Notes: generated by a model not told the origin, from the letters alone. DNA of 64,000 nucleotides from Candidatus Yanofskybacteria bacterium (GCA_003151795.1 PLYL01000008.1:3103-67102), one strand, 5' to 3'. Shown: positions 1 to 9,451, counted from the first letter of the stretch. Made by a program: numbers and translations.

Positions 1-470
1 CTTCGGGCGACTGGAGTGGTTCAAAGGGTCCAAGCGGTAGTGAAGTTGTCGGACCGTTTGCAGTGGACGGCACCAAGACCTACACATTGACATGCGATGG
101 AGGCGTCGGCACGGCGGTTCTCGTCGTCGGCCAGGGGGGACCGGGCGGTGATGCCAACACTGTCACTTCGCCCGACGGTTCCGTGACGGTCACGATTGTC
201 CAGCTGATTCCGGCGGCTGGCCCGCTAGTACCAGGGCAGCCGCAAATGATGAAGGTGCACGTCGTTAACAGAGGCGACGATCAGATTGAAATAGAAAATG
301 ACGTTTTCAATTCCATACATGATTTTCCAGCTCGCTCCGAAAATGATTCGAACTGGGGATCATCTTTCGGATCTCTCTCGGGTTCGTTCCCCATTATCCA
401 TCTGAAAGGAACATATAGCAAGACGTATCCACAGGTATCGTGGACGATGGAGTTCCCGGGCTGGCCTTAA
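1..470 (+). CDS. hypothetical protein, C-terminal part; reading frame is open to window edge (5'-truncated)
   Basis: ORF 63..470 in track; same frame has no stop back to nt 3; followed by intrinsic terminator. Confidence 0.5.
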   Translation, partial: SGDWSGSKGPSGSEVVGPFAVDGTKTYTLTCDGGVGTAVLVVGQGGPGGDANTVTSPDGSVTVTIVQLIPAAGPLVPGQPQMMKVHVVNRGDDQIEIENDVFNSIHDFPARSENDSNWGSSFGSLSGSFPIIHLKGTYSKTYPQVSWTMEFPGWP

Positions 471-479
471 GTCTCGCGA

Positions 480-530
480 AAGAAGCCCCGTGCTGAAAGC
501 ACCGCTTCTGGCGCGGGGCTTCTTTTGTTT
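480..530 (+). terminator. rho-independent terminator
   Basis: 11-bp stem aagaagccccg/cggggcttctt followed by ttttgttt. Confidence 0.6.
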
Positions 531-540
531 ATAAGATTGT

Positions 541-570
541 TTGTTATAGGTGTTCATTTAGTTTTATAAT
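541..570 (+). promoter_or_regulatory. putative sigma70-like promoter (-35 ttgtta, ~18 bp spacer, -10 tataat 565-570) giving a near-leaderless transcript at ATG 577
   Basis: hexamer spacing read from sequence; no SD before ATG 577. Confidence 0.35.
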
Positions 571-576
571 AGCGGT

Positions 577-3006
577 ATGCAGTCAAAGAGAATCTTTCTT
601 GTCTTTGGTTTAGGCTTTCTTTTATTTGTTTCTTTTTCTCACACCGCCAAGGCTACTCCTCTTGGGAATAATGGCGGTACCACCAGCGGTTACTATGAGG
701 TAGACGGCGATAATGAAACAAAGGATCAGACCTTTTGGTTGCCGGGTCCGGCCGGCCAGACGTTTTATTATGGCGTTAACTCCGCGGGCGATTCAAATGA
801 TCCTGGGTCAATGACGGTTGATATTTGTTTCTGGGGTACTGCGCCGGGGGCTATATTTTGTGAAACTCCAATCAGTAGCCAACCTATTGGTAACTCTTTT
901 AACGCTGGGGGATACAACCCTTACAGAATTCCCAATAGTGGAGATATTGGAGGGGGTATGGGCCTAAACGATGTTTCCTCATATCGCGTGTGGGTACATA
1001 TTTGGGTTGATAGTTCCAGTAAATACAAAACAGGGACTACGGTTACCGCATACGGCCGATATGTGGTGGCGGGGACTTTGAGCGCATCAGCCACAACTAT
1101 TTCGCCAGGTGATCCCGTAACACTTAATTTTAATGCCACTAATGGGATGAGAGGTTACGTATTTAATGTCAATACTGGACAGTATGTTTCTGATCAGCTT
1201 AGCCCTAATGGGTCATGGACAACTCATCCAAGCCAAACAACTACGTATCGCTTTGCCGTTTATGGACCAGGATTATACTGGTACGACGACTCTAGTAACT
1301 GGGTTAATACTAACGATGTAACAGTTACCGTCGCTTCTTTTGTAAACCTGAATTTTCAGGTGACGGATGGGTGTTCGGGCGGGCTGACGGCGACTCCGGC
1401 CACCATCACCCTAAACAATGATTACGGCGGAGGGACGACCACGACGGCTAATGGTTCTGGCTTCGCGACTATTTCTGTCAGTCCGAATACTAATATTGGA
1501 TGGAGTTCGGCGGTGAATGGGTATGATACCGTGGGCGGAAGTGTTAATTCCGGCAATGGGACGACCGTCAATGTGGTACAGACGCGCACCTGTGGCGGCG
1601 GCACCCCGACTCCAACACCCACACCCACCCCTTCTCCTACCCCCATAAACGCAACACCCACACCCACCCCTTCTCCTACCCCCATAAACGCAACACCCAC
1701 ACCCACCCCTTCTCCAACTCCCATAAACGCAACACCCACTCCGACACCTTCTCCAACTCCTACCTGCCAAGATTCGGCCGCCACTAACTATGGCGGGCCA
1801 TTACCATGCACCTATTCTCCAGCCCCCACTGCCCACATAACCGCCAATGGCCAAAGCGGCATTGTTTGGGTTCCGCTTTGGTCTCAACCAACAATAGCGT
1901 GGGTTTCAAACGCGGCCTCGTGCAATGTATATATCGGCACGAATCAAGGTTATGATAACACCAGTCCGTGGTCGGCGGGCCATGCCAACTATACTGCGAC
2001 TTCTCCGCCGATTGGAGGAGACACGGTATTTTTCTTGGTGTGCGATGGCGGGGCTAGTTCCGACGAGGTAACCGTGAGACCGTTGCCAGCCTCAACACCG
2101 ACGCCAACACCAGGAAGTAATTCCGGAGCGGATTCGTGCACGGTGACGGTGCAAGCCCGGCCCGGCCCGAGCGTATCATTAACGGCAAACCCGAGTACTT
2201 TAAACTGGAATAATTCCGGCTCGACGCTGAATTGGTCATCAAGCAACGCCGATGCTTGCGGTGCTTCCGTCGATTGGTCCGGCGTCAAAGCATTATCCGG
2301 TTCGCAGGGTATAGGGGCTCTGACGCCCGGAAGATACACCTACGTCCTGACCTGTTCCGGTAACGGCTCGGGTCAATCAACGGCGTACGTTACGGTCAAT
2401 TCGCCGGTGCCGACCGCTTATAGCGTGACCCATTCCGAACCGGATTATTGTTTATCCGGCCCGGGCGGCTATGTGGCTTGGTCATACTCTGACCCGTCAG
2501 GCAGTCCGCAAACCGCCTATGAAGTTAAAATCGGCGGTTATGATTCCGGAAAGTTAACTTCGTCTTCCAAGATATTCGCGATTCCGAACGGCGCCTTGAA
2601 TTTCAATAACACCTACAACGCCCAAGTCATGGTCTGGAACACCTACGACCAGCCGTCAGCATGGTCCACTCCAACCGCGAATTGGACGACCCCGCCGTAT
2701 GCCTATCCCGATGTTATCTCGCCATATCAATTCACCTGGCCGACTCCGCCTAAGCCCCAGCAGAATAAGCCGGTCCAGTTCACCGACCACACTGTGTTCG
2801 GCGCCGGCGGCAATCACTCCTGGAGCTGGAATTTCGGCGATGGCGGCACCTCGACCCAGCCGAGTCCAGCCCACACCTATACCACCATCGGCAATTATAC
2901 GGTTAATCTCATCGCTACCGACGCCGCCGGCCAGAGTTGCGGTCTTTCCCAATCTCTCAATGTTCAAAAACCCATTCCGGTCATTAAAGAAGTGGCGCCA
3001 AAATAA
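577..3006 (+). CDS. large secreted cell-surface protein: signal peptide, Pro/Thr-rich tandem repeats, C-terminal PKD-like domain
   Basis: N-term MQSKRIFLVFGLGFLLFVSFSHTAKA signal peptide; TPTPTPSPTPINA repeats; C-terminal 'WSWNFGDGGTS...YTVNLIATDAAGQS' PKD-type motif. Confidence 0.8.
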   Translation: MQSKRIFLVFGLGFLLFVSFSHTAKATPLGNNGGTTSGYYEVDGDNETKDQTFWLPGPAGQTFYYGVNSAGDSNDPGSMTVDICFWGTAPGAIFCETPISSQPIGNSFNAGGYNPYRIPNSGDIGGGMGLNDVSSYRVWVHIWVDSSSKYKTGTTVTAYGRYVVAGTLSASATTISPGDPVTLNFNATNGMRGYVFNVNTGQYVSDQLSPNGSWTTHPSQTTTYRFAVYGPGLYWYDDSSNWVNTNDVTVTVASFVNLNFQVTDGCSGGLTATPATITLNNDYGGGTTTTANGSGFATISVSPNTNIGWSSAVNGYDTVGGSVNSGNGTTVNVVQTRTCGGGTPTPTPTPTPSPTPINATPTPTPSPTPINATPTPTPSPTPINATPTPTPSPTPTCQDSAATNYGGPLPCTYSPAPTAHITANGQSGIVWVPLWSQPTIAWVSNAASCNVYIGTNQGYDNTSPWSAGHANYTATSPPIGGDTVFFLVCDGGASSDEVTVRPLPASTPTPTPGSNSGADSCTVTVQARPGPSVSLTANPSTLNWNNSGSTLNWSSSNADACGASVDWSGVKALSGSQGIGALTPGRYTYVLTCSGNGSGQSTAYVTVNSPVPTAYSVTHSEPDYCLSGPGGYVAWSYSDPSGSPQTAYEVKIGGYDSGKLTSSSKIFAIPNGALNFNNTYNAQVMVWNTYDQPSAWSTPTANWTTPPYAYPDVISPYQFTWPTPPKPQQNKPVQFTDHTVFGAGGNHSWSWNFGDGGTSTQPSPAHTYTTIGNYTVNLIATDAAGQSCGLSQSLNVQKPIPVIKEVAPK
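1612..1767 (+). repeat. tandem 39-nt repeat (~4 copies) encoding ATPTPTPSPTPIN units inside 577..3006
   Basis: direct reading: gcaacacccacacccaccccttctcctacccccataaac repeated. Confidence 0.9.
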
Positions 3007-3461
3007 TGACTAATTATTTTAAAGCAAATAAAAAATTTATTAGTGCCACGGTTGCGGTTGCGGTGATTATCGCGACAGCCATTTTATTGGGCCGAGCCGG
3101 ATATTTTCAGCATAAATTAACAAGCAACGAATTTTCCGGTATGATTACGGGTGTTCAGTATCGGGTTATCACGATGAAAGGGGTTTATACTGTTTCGCAA
3201 CAGACGAATACTGATCCGGCGGTCATCCGCGAAATTACAGCCTCAATCACTCCCGAAGCCAAGATTTATAAGCAATCGGGGAACCCGTTCGCGGGCCAAG
3301 CGGTTAAAACATCAGTTACGTTCGATGAGTTGACCGCCGACATTCAACAGAAAAAATTTGTGTTAGCTAAAATCCACGCCAGTTATGACATTAACTTTAA
3401 GTCCCATGTCGTTCCCTATGAAGTCGTATATACGACAGATCCGCATGTACCCATTCAATAA
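3006..3461 (+). CDS. hypothetical membrane-anchored protein
   Basis: ORF with N-terminal hydrophobic helix; ATGA start/stop overlap with upstream gene. Confidence 0.55.
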   Translation: MTNYFKANKKFISATVAVAVIIATAILLGRAGYFQHKLTSNEFSGMITGVQYRVITMKGVYTVSQQTNTDPAVIREITASITPEAKIYKQSGNPFAGQAVKTSVTFDELTADIQQKKFVLAKIHASYDINFKSHVVPYEVVYTTDPHVPIQ

Positions 3462-3463
3462 TT

Positions 3464-4285
3464 ATGATTAAAAAATTTCTATTATTAACACTATTGGTAT
3501 TAGCAGGGTTATCTTTTTATTTTCATCATGGCGTTCAAGCGGCGGGAACCGCAACTATCACCGCCAATGGCCAAAGCGGCATTGTTTGGGTCCCGCTTTG
3601 GTCTCAACCAACAATAGCGTGGACTTCAGATGCCAGCACTTGCGATGTTTTTATCGGTACGAATCAAGGCCATGGATCAGAGCCTTGGTCCTCGGGCCAT
3701 CCCAGCTATACCGCGACTTCTCCGCCGATTGGGGCAGACACGGTATTTTTCTTGGTATGTTATACCTCGCCCGATTTCGCGAACCCGTCTAGTTCCGACG
3801 AAGTAACCGTGAGGCCTCTTCCAGCCCCCACCGCCTCCATCATCGTCAATGGCTCACATGATGTGACCACATCCGTTCCTTCTGGAACTGCCGTAGAAGT
3901 AACATGGTCTTCCAATGCCACTTACTGCCAGGTGCATCGCGGTGACGCCACAAATGACGGCCCAATTGCCTGGGAAGGTGCAAATGGTGACGTCAGTACT
4001 CCTATTACGTCATACACTAGATTTCGTTTATATTGCCAGGGTCCGAACGGTTCAGCTTTTGACCAAGCCTCGGTGGATGTGTCTGCTCCACCCGCCGTCG
4101 TTACGCATATCAGTTGTGACCCGGGTACCGTAGCATATGGCGGATCATCAAATATATCTTGGTCTTCAAGTTATGCCTCGTCATGCACGGTCTCGCCGGG
4201 CGGCTGGTCGGGAATTTCCGGCGGGCCTAACTCGACCGGCACGCTTTACTCCTCGACGACTTACACGATAAGTTGCAGCCGGTAA
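3464..4285 (+). CDS. secreted protein sharing a ~90-aa domain (near-identical at DNA level) with 577..3006
   Basis: signal peptide MIKKFLLLTLLVLAGLSFYF; segment ITANGQSGIVWVPLWSQPTIAW... shared with upstream protein. Confidence 0.75.
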   Translation: MIKKFLLLTLLVLAGLSFYFHHGVQAAGTATITANGQSGIVWVPLWSQPTIAWTSDASTCDVFIGTNQGHGSEPWSSGHPSYTATSPPIGADTVFFLVCYTSPDFANPSSSDEVTVRPLPAPTASIIVNGSHDVTTSVPSGTAVEVTWSSNATYCQVHRGDATNDGPIAWEGANGDVSTPITSYTRFRLYCQGPNGSAFDQASVDVSAPPAVVTHISCDPGTVAYGGSSNISWSSSYASSCTVSPGGWSGISGGPNSTGTLYSSTTYTISCSR

Positions 4286-4292
4286 CAACTAA

Positions 4293-4322
4293 AATCCGCC
4301 CGCTTCGGCGGGTTGATTTTAG
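4293..4322 (+). terminator. rho-independent terminator
   Basis: aatccgcc/ggcgggtt stem, loop cgcttc, then gatttt. Confidence 0.65.
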
Positions 4323-4360
4323 TTGACCAAAAGTCATTTTTTTAGTACTATTTTCGAATT

Positions 4361-4906
4361 ATGATTGAAACACATCCCTTACCGGTTCACGTGGTGCGTA
4401 TCAAATTATTGAAGTCGCTTTTGGCGATGATTGAGAACTCTGCCAAGGGTGGCAACAACTATTTTTTCCGTAATTTATGGGCCGACGAAGACGGTAAAGA
4501 AATTGATATTTTGGAAAACGGTCAAAATTCGTGCTGTGCGCATGTGACTTGGATTTTGTATCTCCTGAACGATACCTTGGAGTATGCTAAAAAACCACAC
4601 TGGATAAAGTTTAAGCACGCGACGGTATTTTCGACCGAAAAAGATTTGCTGGCGAACGGCTGGTTTGAGATTAAAGACCATCGGCCCGGGGCGGTAATTA
4701 TCTGGGAACCGAGAACGGCTTCGGTGCACGGACTTTTGGGCGACAAAAACGCGGAGCTTCAGCACATTGGTTTTTGCGTCAGCGAGACCGAGGCGATTAG
4801 CAATGATTCCAAAAAGACAGGCTTCCCAGTTCGCCACCACATTACTTACAATGAAACTCGGCCGATTAAAAAAATTCTCTGGCATCCGGAGCTAGATAAT
4901 GACTAA
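4361..4906 (+). CDS. putative papain-like (C39-like) cysteine peptidase, paralog of next gene
   Basis: Cys motif NSCCAHVTWILYLL and downstream His (SVHGLLG) arranged like next ORF. Confidence 0.45.
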   Translation: MIETHPLPVHVVRIKLLKSLLAMIENSAKGGNNYFFRNLWADEDGKEIDILENGQNSCCAHVTWILYLLNDTLEYAKKPHWIKFKHATVFSTEKDLLANGWFEIKDHRPGAVIIWEPRTASVHGLLGDKNAELQHIGFCVSETEAISNDSKKTGFPVRHHITYNETRPIKKILWHPELDND

Positions 4907-4908
4907 TC

Positions 4909-5442
4909 ATGCAAGACATTAAAATCGAAGCCCCACTTTGCAATCAGTATGATAAAGCCCACGACGAATCGTGGGCTTATCGGATGTGCGCGCCGTGCTC
5001 GCTTTGGATGCTTCTGAAGCATCATGATTCAGGGTTTGCTTTATCGCCCTTGGATTTGCGTGACAAACTTATGGCCCGCGATGGCTATCTAGAGAATATC
5101 GGCTTTAAGCATCAGGCCATCGCCGATATGGCTCGCGAATACGGGCTGCCGCTCACGTACGCGAAGAGATTTTTTTACACGCCAGAAGAAAAGGAAATTG
5201 GGATGGCAATCATCGACAAAAATCTGGAAGCTGGCCAGCCGATCATGGTTTCTATGTTCTCACATTTTAATCCGGCTCGGGGCGGCCACATGCTTGTCAT
5301 TCACGGTCTGCAGAAATTTAATGGCGTAACAATCGGTTATTATATCCAAAGCTCCGACGCTTCGTTCCGGGGTCATAATTATTTCGTTACCAAAGAAGAA
5401 TTCGTCCCTAACTGGCGCGGAGGATTGGTGTATAAGGACTAG
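4909..5442 (+). CDS. peptidase C39_2-like cysteine peptidase
   Basis: MCAPCSLWMLL (cf. C39 CGPTSLAMVL nucleophile motif) and GGHMLVIHG His motif. Confidence 0.55.
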   Translation: MQDIKIEAPLCNQYDKAHDESWAYRMCAPCSLWMLLKHHDSGFALSPLDLRDKLMARDGYLENIGFKHQAIADMAREYGLPLTYAKRFFYTPEEKEIGMAIIDKNLEAGQPIMVSMFSHFNPARGGHMLVIHGLQKFNGVTIGYYIQSSDASFRGHNYFVTKEEFVPNWRGGLVYKD

Positions 5443-5490
5443 CAAAAACCCTCAAATTGTGATAGATTTTGGCTACCCAAATTGATATTT

Positions 5491-5567
5491 GGGGGTGTAG
5501 CTCAATTGGTTAGAGCGCGTCCCTGTCACGGACGAGGTTGCGGGTTCGAGTCCCGTCACTCCCGCCA
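5491..5567 (+). tRNA. tRNA-Asp (anticodon GTC)
   Basis: cloverleaf folded by hand: acceptor GGGGGTG/CACTCCC, anticodon stem CGTCC/GGACG with loop CTGTCAC, T-loop GGTTCGAGT, encoded CCA. Confidence 0.9.
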
Positions 5568-5624
5568 GTAAAAATGATATGATTCCCAAAGGTCGATGTA
5601 CTTAATTAACCTAATTACAAAACT

Positions 5625-5780
5625 ATGATAAAAGGAAATTTTCTTGGGGCGGCGATTGTCGCAATAATCTACACGGTCTATATCGTATGGAATCCTCTTG
5701 CGGCGAAAGGACACACAGTATTGATATTGGTGATTCTTAACGCTTTGACTATCGTGTTGATGGCTTTTGCATTCAAATGA
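5625..5780 (+). CDS. small hydrophobic protein (51 aa, two predicted TM helices)
   Basis: ATG..TGA ORF MIKGNFLGAAIVAIIYTVYIVWNPLAAKGHTVLILVILNALTIVLMAFAFK, below track cutoff; sits just upstream of ABC transporter. Confidence 0.3.
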   Translation: MIKGNFLGAAIVAIIYTVYIVWNPLAAKGHTVLILVILNALTIVLMAFAFK

Positions 5781-5807
5781 CACAAAGTTGAAATAAGAAG
5801 TTTCTAC

Positions 5808-6602
5808 ATGAACAATATAATTGAGGTCAGGAACCTCACGAAAAAATTCGATCATTCAAACGCCGTCGACGACGTGTCTTTTTCGGTGGCTGAAGGCGAG
5901 ATTTTTGCTTTTCTCGGGCCGAATGGCGCCGGCAAATCGACGGCCATCAGAATGCTGACGACCTTGCTCCACCCCACCAGCGGCACCATGGCCATCAATG
6001 GATTGGATCCCGTCCAGAAGCCCGATGCGGTTCGGCGGATGTTCGGGATTGTTTTTCAAGACCCCAGCCTGGACGATGAATTAACCGCTTGGGAAAATAT
6101 GGAATTTCACGGGATACTCTACGATATTCCCAATCCTTTGCGCCGAGACCGCATGAAGCAACTTCTTGAATTCGTCGAACTCTGGGACCGCAAAGATGAT
6201 TTAGTGAAAGAATTTTCCGGCGGGATGAAACGGCGCCTGGAAATCGCCCGGGGCCTGCTCCATCATCCGAAAATTATTTTTCTCGATGAACCGACGCTTG
6301 GCCTTGATCCGCAAACTAGAAACGGGATGTGGATGTATCTCAAAGAGCTGAATAAGAATGAAAACACGACCATTTTTTTCACCACGCACTACATGGAAGA
6401 AGCCGAGCGCATCGCCCAAAGAATCGCCATCATCGACCACGGGAAAATAATCGCTTCAGGAACATCGGAGGAATTGAAACGGCAAACGGCCACCGCTTCA
6501 CTCGAAGAAGCTTTCCTGAAGCTGACCGGAAAAACAATCCGCGACGAATCCGTTGGTTCGGCCGAGCACATGCGGACGGCCCGGCGCATGTGGCGGAGAT
6601 AG
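5808..6602 (+). CDS. ABC transporter ATP-binding protein
   Basis: Walker A GPNGAGKST, signature SGGMKRRLEIA, Walker B IFLDEPT. Confidence 0.9.
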   Translation: MNNIIEVRNLTKKFDHSNAVDDVSFSVAEGEIFAFLGPNGAGKSTAIRMLTTLLHPTSGTMAINGLDPVQKPDAVRRMFGIVFQDPSLDDELTAWENMEFHGILYDIPNPLRRDRMKQLLEFVELWDRKDDLVKEFSGGMKRRLEIARGLLHHPKIIFLDEPTLGLDPQTRNGMWMYLKELNKNENTTIFFTTHYMEEAERIAQRIAIIDHGKIIASGTSEELKRQTATASLEEAFLKLTGKTIRDESVGSAEHMRTARRMWRR

Positions 6603-7360
6603 CTTTTATTATTATGAAAAAAATATACATTCTTTGGCTAAGGCAAATTAAGCGGTATCTGCGGTCCCGCTCGCGCATCGTGGGTTCTTTGGCTCAACCA
6701 ATCTTGTTCCTGCTGGCGCTAGGCTATGGTTTTGGTTCGGTGTTCCAGCAGGCCGGCCAGGGCAATTACGTCGAATTCTTGGCGCCGGGGATTATCGGCA
6801 TGGGCATTATTTTTACGGCGATTTTTACCGGAATCGAGATTATCTGGGATCGCCAGTTCGGATTTTTAAAAGAAATGATGGTCGCGCCGGTCTCGCGCTT
6901 GAGCATCATGTTCGGGCGGACGCTGGGCGGGGCGACGATTGCCGTGATGCAAGGCATTATCGTGCTCGCCCTTTCGCTTTTCTTGGGATTCCATCCTTAT
7001 GCCTGGGCGGGGATTTCGCTGGCCATCGGGGTGATGTTTTTGATTGCCCTTCTTTTTACCGCTCTTGGCACCATGATTACGTCGTTGCTCGACGACATGC
7101 AGGGGTTCCAGCTGATTATGAACTTTCTGGTGATGCCCTTGTTCTTTCTGTCCGGCGCCTTGTTTCCGCTCAAGGGCCTGCCGCCGGCCCTGGCCATCAT
7201 CGCCCGACTCGATCCGCTCTCCTACGGAATTGATGCGCTCCGCATCCTCCTGATTAATGTCGGCTTTTACGGCCTGGGCACGGATATTCTTGTTTTGACC
7301 GCGGTAACCGCCGTCTTCTTGTGGCTGGGAAGTTATTTCTTCAAAAAAATTCAGATTTAA
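6590..7360 (+). CDS. ABC-2 type transporter permease
   Basis: 6-TM ORF overlapping ATPase stop; ABC-2 permease-like. Confidence 0.75.
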   Translation: MAEIAFIIMKKIYILWLRQIKRYLRSRSRIVGSLAQPILFLLALGYGFGSVFQQAGQGNYVEFLAPGIIGMGIIFTAIFTGIEIIWDRQFGFLKEMMVAPVSRLSIMFGRTLGGATIAVMQGIIVLALSLFLGFHPYAWAGISLAIGVMFLIALLFTALGTMITSLLDDMQGFQLIMNFLVMPLFFLSGALFPLKGLPPALAIIARLDPLSYGIDALRILLINVGFYGLGTDILVLTAVTAVFLWLGSYFFKKIQI

Positions 7361-7370
7361 CAAAATTACG

Positions 7371-7757
7371 ATGCAAATAATGAAGCACAAGCATTTTTGG
7401 CGTTACGTCTTTGCAGGATTATTGATTGCGCTCATCGCGCTGCTGGGCTGGCTGATTTTTGACGTCAGAGATTTGTATCGCGGAGGCATGTTAAGGCCGA
7501 CGGGGGGATTCCGCCGGACGTATGTTCGAGAGCAGGCATCGGATACTTCTCAAATTCAGAGTTGGATGACTTTTTCGTACATTAATCATATTTTTAATCT
7601 GCCGCCAGCCTATCTGGCGTCGGCGTTGGCCATTCAAGACAGCCGTTACCCGGATTTAATCGTTAGCCAGTACGCCAAAAGTAAAAACCTGATTGATGCT
7701 GATTTTTTGAAGCAGGTCCAAGATTCAGTGAGTCAGTATCTTCAGAGCGCTCATTAA
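7371..7757 (+). CDS. hypothetical membrane protein
   Basis: ORF with N-terminal TM helix. Confidence 0.5.
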   Translation: MQIMKHKHFWRYVFAGLLIALIALLGWLIFDVRDLYRGGMLRPTGGFRRTYVREQASDTSQIQSWMTFSYINHIFNLPPAYLASALAIQDSRYPDLIVSQYAKSKNLIDADFLKQVQDSVSQYLQSAH

Positions 7758-8360
7758 ATGAGTTTAGTCTTTCAGAACATTCTTGGCTGGATTCTGGTCT
7801 ATAAATACTCCACGCTCTTTGCGGTTTCGTTTCTTTCTTCTCTCGGGGTGCCGTTGCCGGCCGCCGCGAGCACGGTGGCCTCGGCCGCTTTCGCGAGCCA
7901 GGGCTATCTCAACCTGGGAGCGGTTTTAATCGTGGGCCTGCTCGGAAATATTATCGGTGATTTCGCCGCCTACGGCTTAGTGAGAAAATACGGCAAACCG
8001 GTTTTGTACTGGTTTCATCTGGGGAAAGTGGTCGAATCTCAAGTTTTAAAAAATGTCGAGAATATCGAGAATACCTACAAAGCCACGGTGATCATGGCCA
8101 GCCGTTTTCAGGATCAGGCCACGACCCTCGTGAATATTATTGCCGGCCTGGGCAACATGGACTTCAAGCACTTCGCGCTCTATGCGGTTATTGGCGACGT
8201 CCTGCAGATTTTGTTTTACAGCGCTATCGGCTATTTCTTCGCCGGGAGCTGGCAGTCATTATATAACGCGGTTGGCGTGTTTGGCTGGCTGATTATTCTC
8301 GGCACGACCGTGGTGGCGATTCTAGCCTCGCGCAAATTTGTAAAACAATTATTAAAATAA
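7758..8360 (+). CDS. DedA/TVP38 family membrane protein
   Basis: DedA-like pattern (…LGVPLPAAASTVASAAFASQG…GNIIGDFAAYGLVRKYG…). Confidence 0.65.
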   Translation: MSLVFQNILGWILVYKYSTLFAVSFLSSLGVPLPAAASTVASAAFASQGYLNLGAVLIVGLLGNIIGDFAAYGLVRKYGKPVLYWFHLGKVVESQVLKNVENIENTYKATVIMASRFQDQATTLVNIIAGLGNMDFKHFALYAVIGDVLQILFYSAIGYFFAGSWQSLYNAVGVFGWLIILGTTVVAILASRKFVKQLLK

Positions 8361-9451
8361 TGAAAAAAGATATCGTCCTTTATTTTGCGGTTCTTTGGAT
8401 TCTGGCGCCGGCGGCGAGCCAAGCCAGCTATCATTTTGCCGATTTTAAGGGCCATCCGCCGCTGCATATTTATTCGGCCAATAAAAAGACGCCGACCGGC
8501 CTATCGCCGGATAAAATCAAATCCGCGTACAACTTGCCGGCCACGGGTGGCAAGGGCGTCATCGCGATTATTGACGCTTATGCTTCGCCGACGCTCGAGA
8601 AGGATTTAGCCGTCTTTAATTCTGCTTTTGGTCTGGCTTCCTGCACGGTCGCGAATGGCTGTCTAGAATTGCACCCCATGGCCGCAAAAATGACCGCGAA
8701 TTCCGGCTGGGCTTTGGAAACCGCGCTCGATGTTGAGTGGGCCCACGCGATTGCGCCCCAGGCCAAGATTCTTTTGGTCGAAGCGGTGACGCCGAGCGGC
8801 GCAAATTTAATTAACGCGGTTGATTATACCCGTGGCCGAAGCGATGTTGCGGCTATCTCGATGAGCTGGGGCGGAGCGGAATTTTCTGATGAAACAACGC
8901 TTGATACTCATTTCGTCAGCAGTTACGGCGCGATATTTTTTGCTTCTTCCGGTGATAATGGCGCCGGGGTCAGTTGGCCGGCCTCGTCGCCGCATGTGGT
9001 CGGCGTCGGGGGCACCACATTGACGTTTAGTAAAACAGGCGCTTTTCAAAAAGAGTTAGCGTGGCCGGGAAGCGGGGGCGGGGTCAGCGCCTATGAATCC
9101 CAGCCCTCATTTCAAGCTGGCTATAATATCAGCAAAGCCAATAAGCATCGGGCCGTGCCCGACGTCTCTTACAACGCCGATCCGAAATCAGGCTACTCGG
9201 TCTATGAAAAAGGAGCGTGGTACGTGCTGGGCGGGACGAGCGCCGGCGCGCCGCAATGGGCGGCCATTCAAGCGTTAGGCGGAACGGCTTCGAACGATAA
9301 GTTTTATACCGACAAGGCAGGAGATAATAACAAGAATTACTTTCGAGACATCATAAGCGGAAGCAATGGCGATTGCACCTATTACTGCGACGCGCACAAA
9401 CACTACGACTATATCACTGGCCTCGGCTCGCCATTAACCGCAACATTTTAG
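8360..9451 (+). CDS. secreted S8/S53 (sedolisin-like) serine peptidase
   Basis: signal peptide; IAIIDAYASP… Asp region, GGTSAGAPQWAA Ser motif. Confidence 0.7.
   Translation: MKKDIVLYFAVLWILAPAASQASYHFADFKGHPPLHIYSANKKTPTGLSPDKIKSAYNLPATGGKGVIAIIDAYASPTLEKDLAVFNSAFGLASCTVANGCLELHPMAAKMTANSGWALETALDVEWAHAIAPQAKILLVEAVTPSGANLINAVDYTRGRSDVAAISMSWGGAEFSDETTLDTHFVSSYGAIFFASSGDNGAGVSWPASSPHVVGVGGTTLTFSKTGAFQKELAWPGSGGGVSAYESQPSFQAGYNISKANKHRAVPDVSYNADPKSGYSVYEKGAWYVLGGTSAGAPQWAAIQALGGTASNDKFYTDKAGDNNKNYFRDIISGSNGDCTYYCDAHKHYDYITGLGSPLTATF

Noticed and set aside
1612-1767. Possible CRISPR array
   Set aside because: The repeats are contiguous tandem copies with no spacers and lie in-frame inside a CDS; no cas genes anywhere in the window. 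No other regular repeat-spacer architecture was seen.
1411-1784. Two minus-strand ORFs (119/120 aa) rich in Gly/Val/Cys/Arg repeats
   Set aside because: They are antisense read-through of the Pro/Thr tandem repeat inside the 809-aa surface protein gene; repeat-induced artefact.
5556-5855. 99-aa minus-strand ORF overlapping tRNA-Asp and the small hydrophobic ORF
   Set aside because: Overlaps a tRNA gene; AT-rich spurious frame.
8385-8609. Arg-rich 74-aa ORF in an alternative frame of the S8/S53 peptidase gene
   Set aside because: Alternative-frame artefact of a GC-rich coding region.
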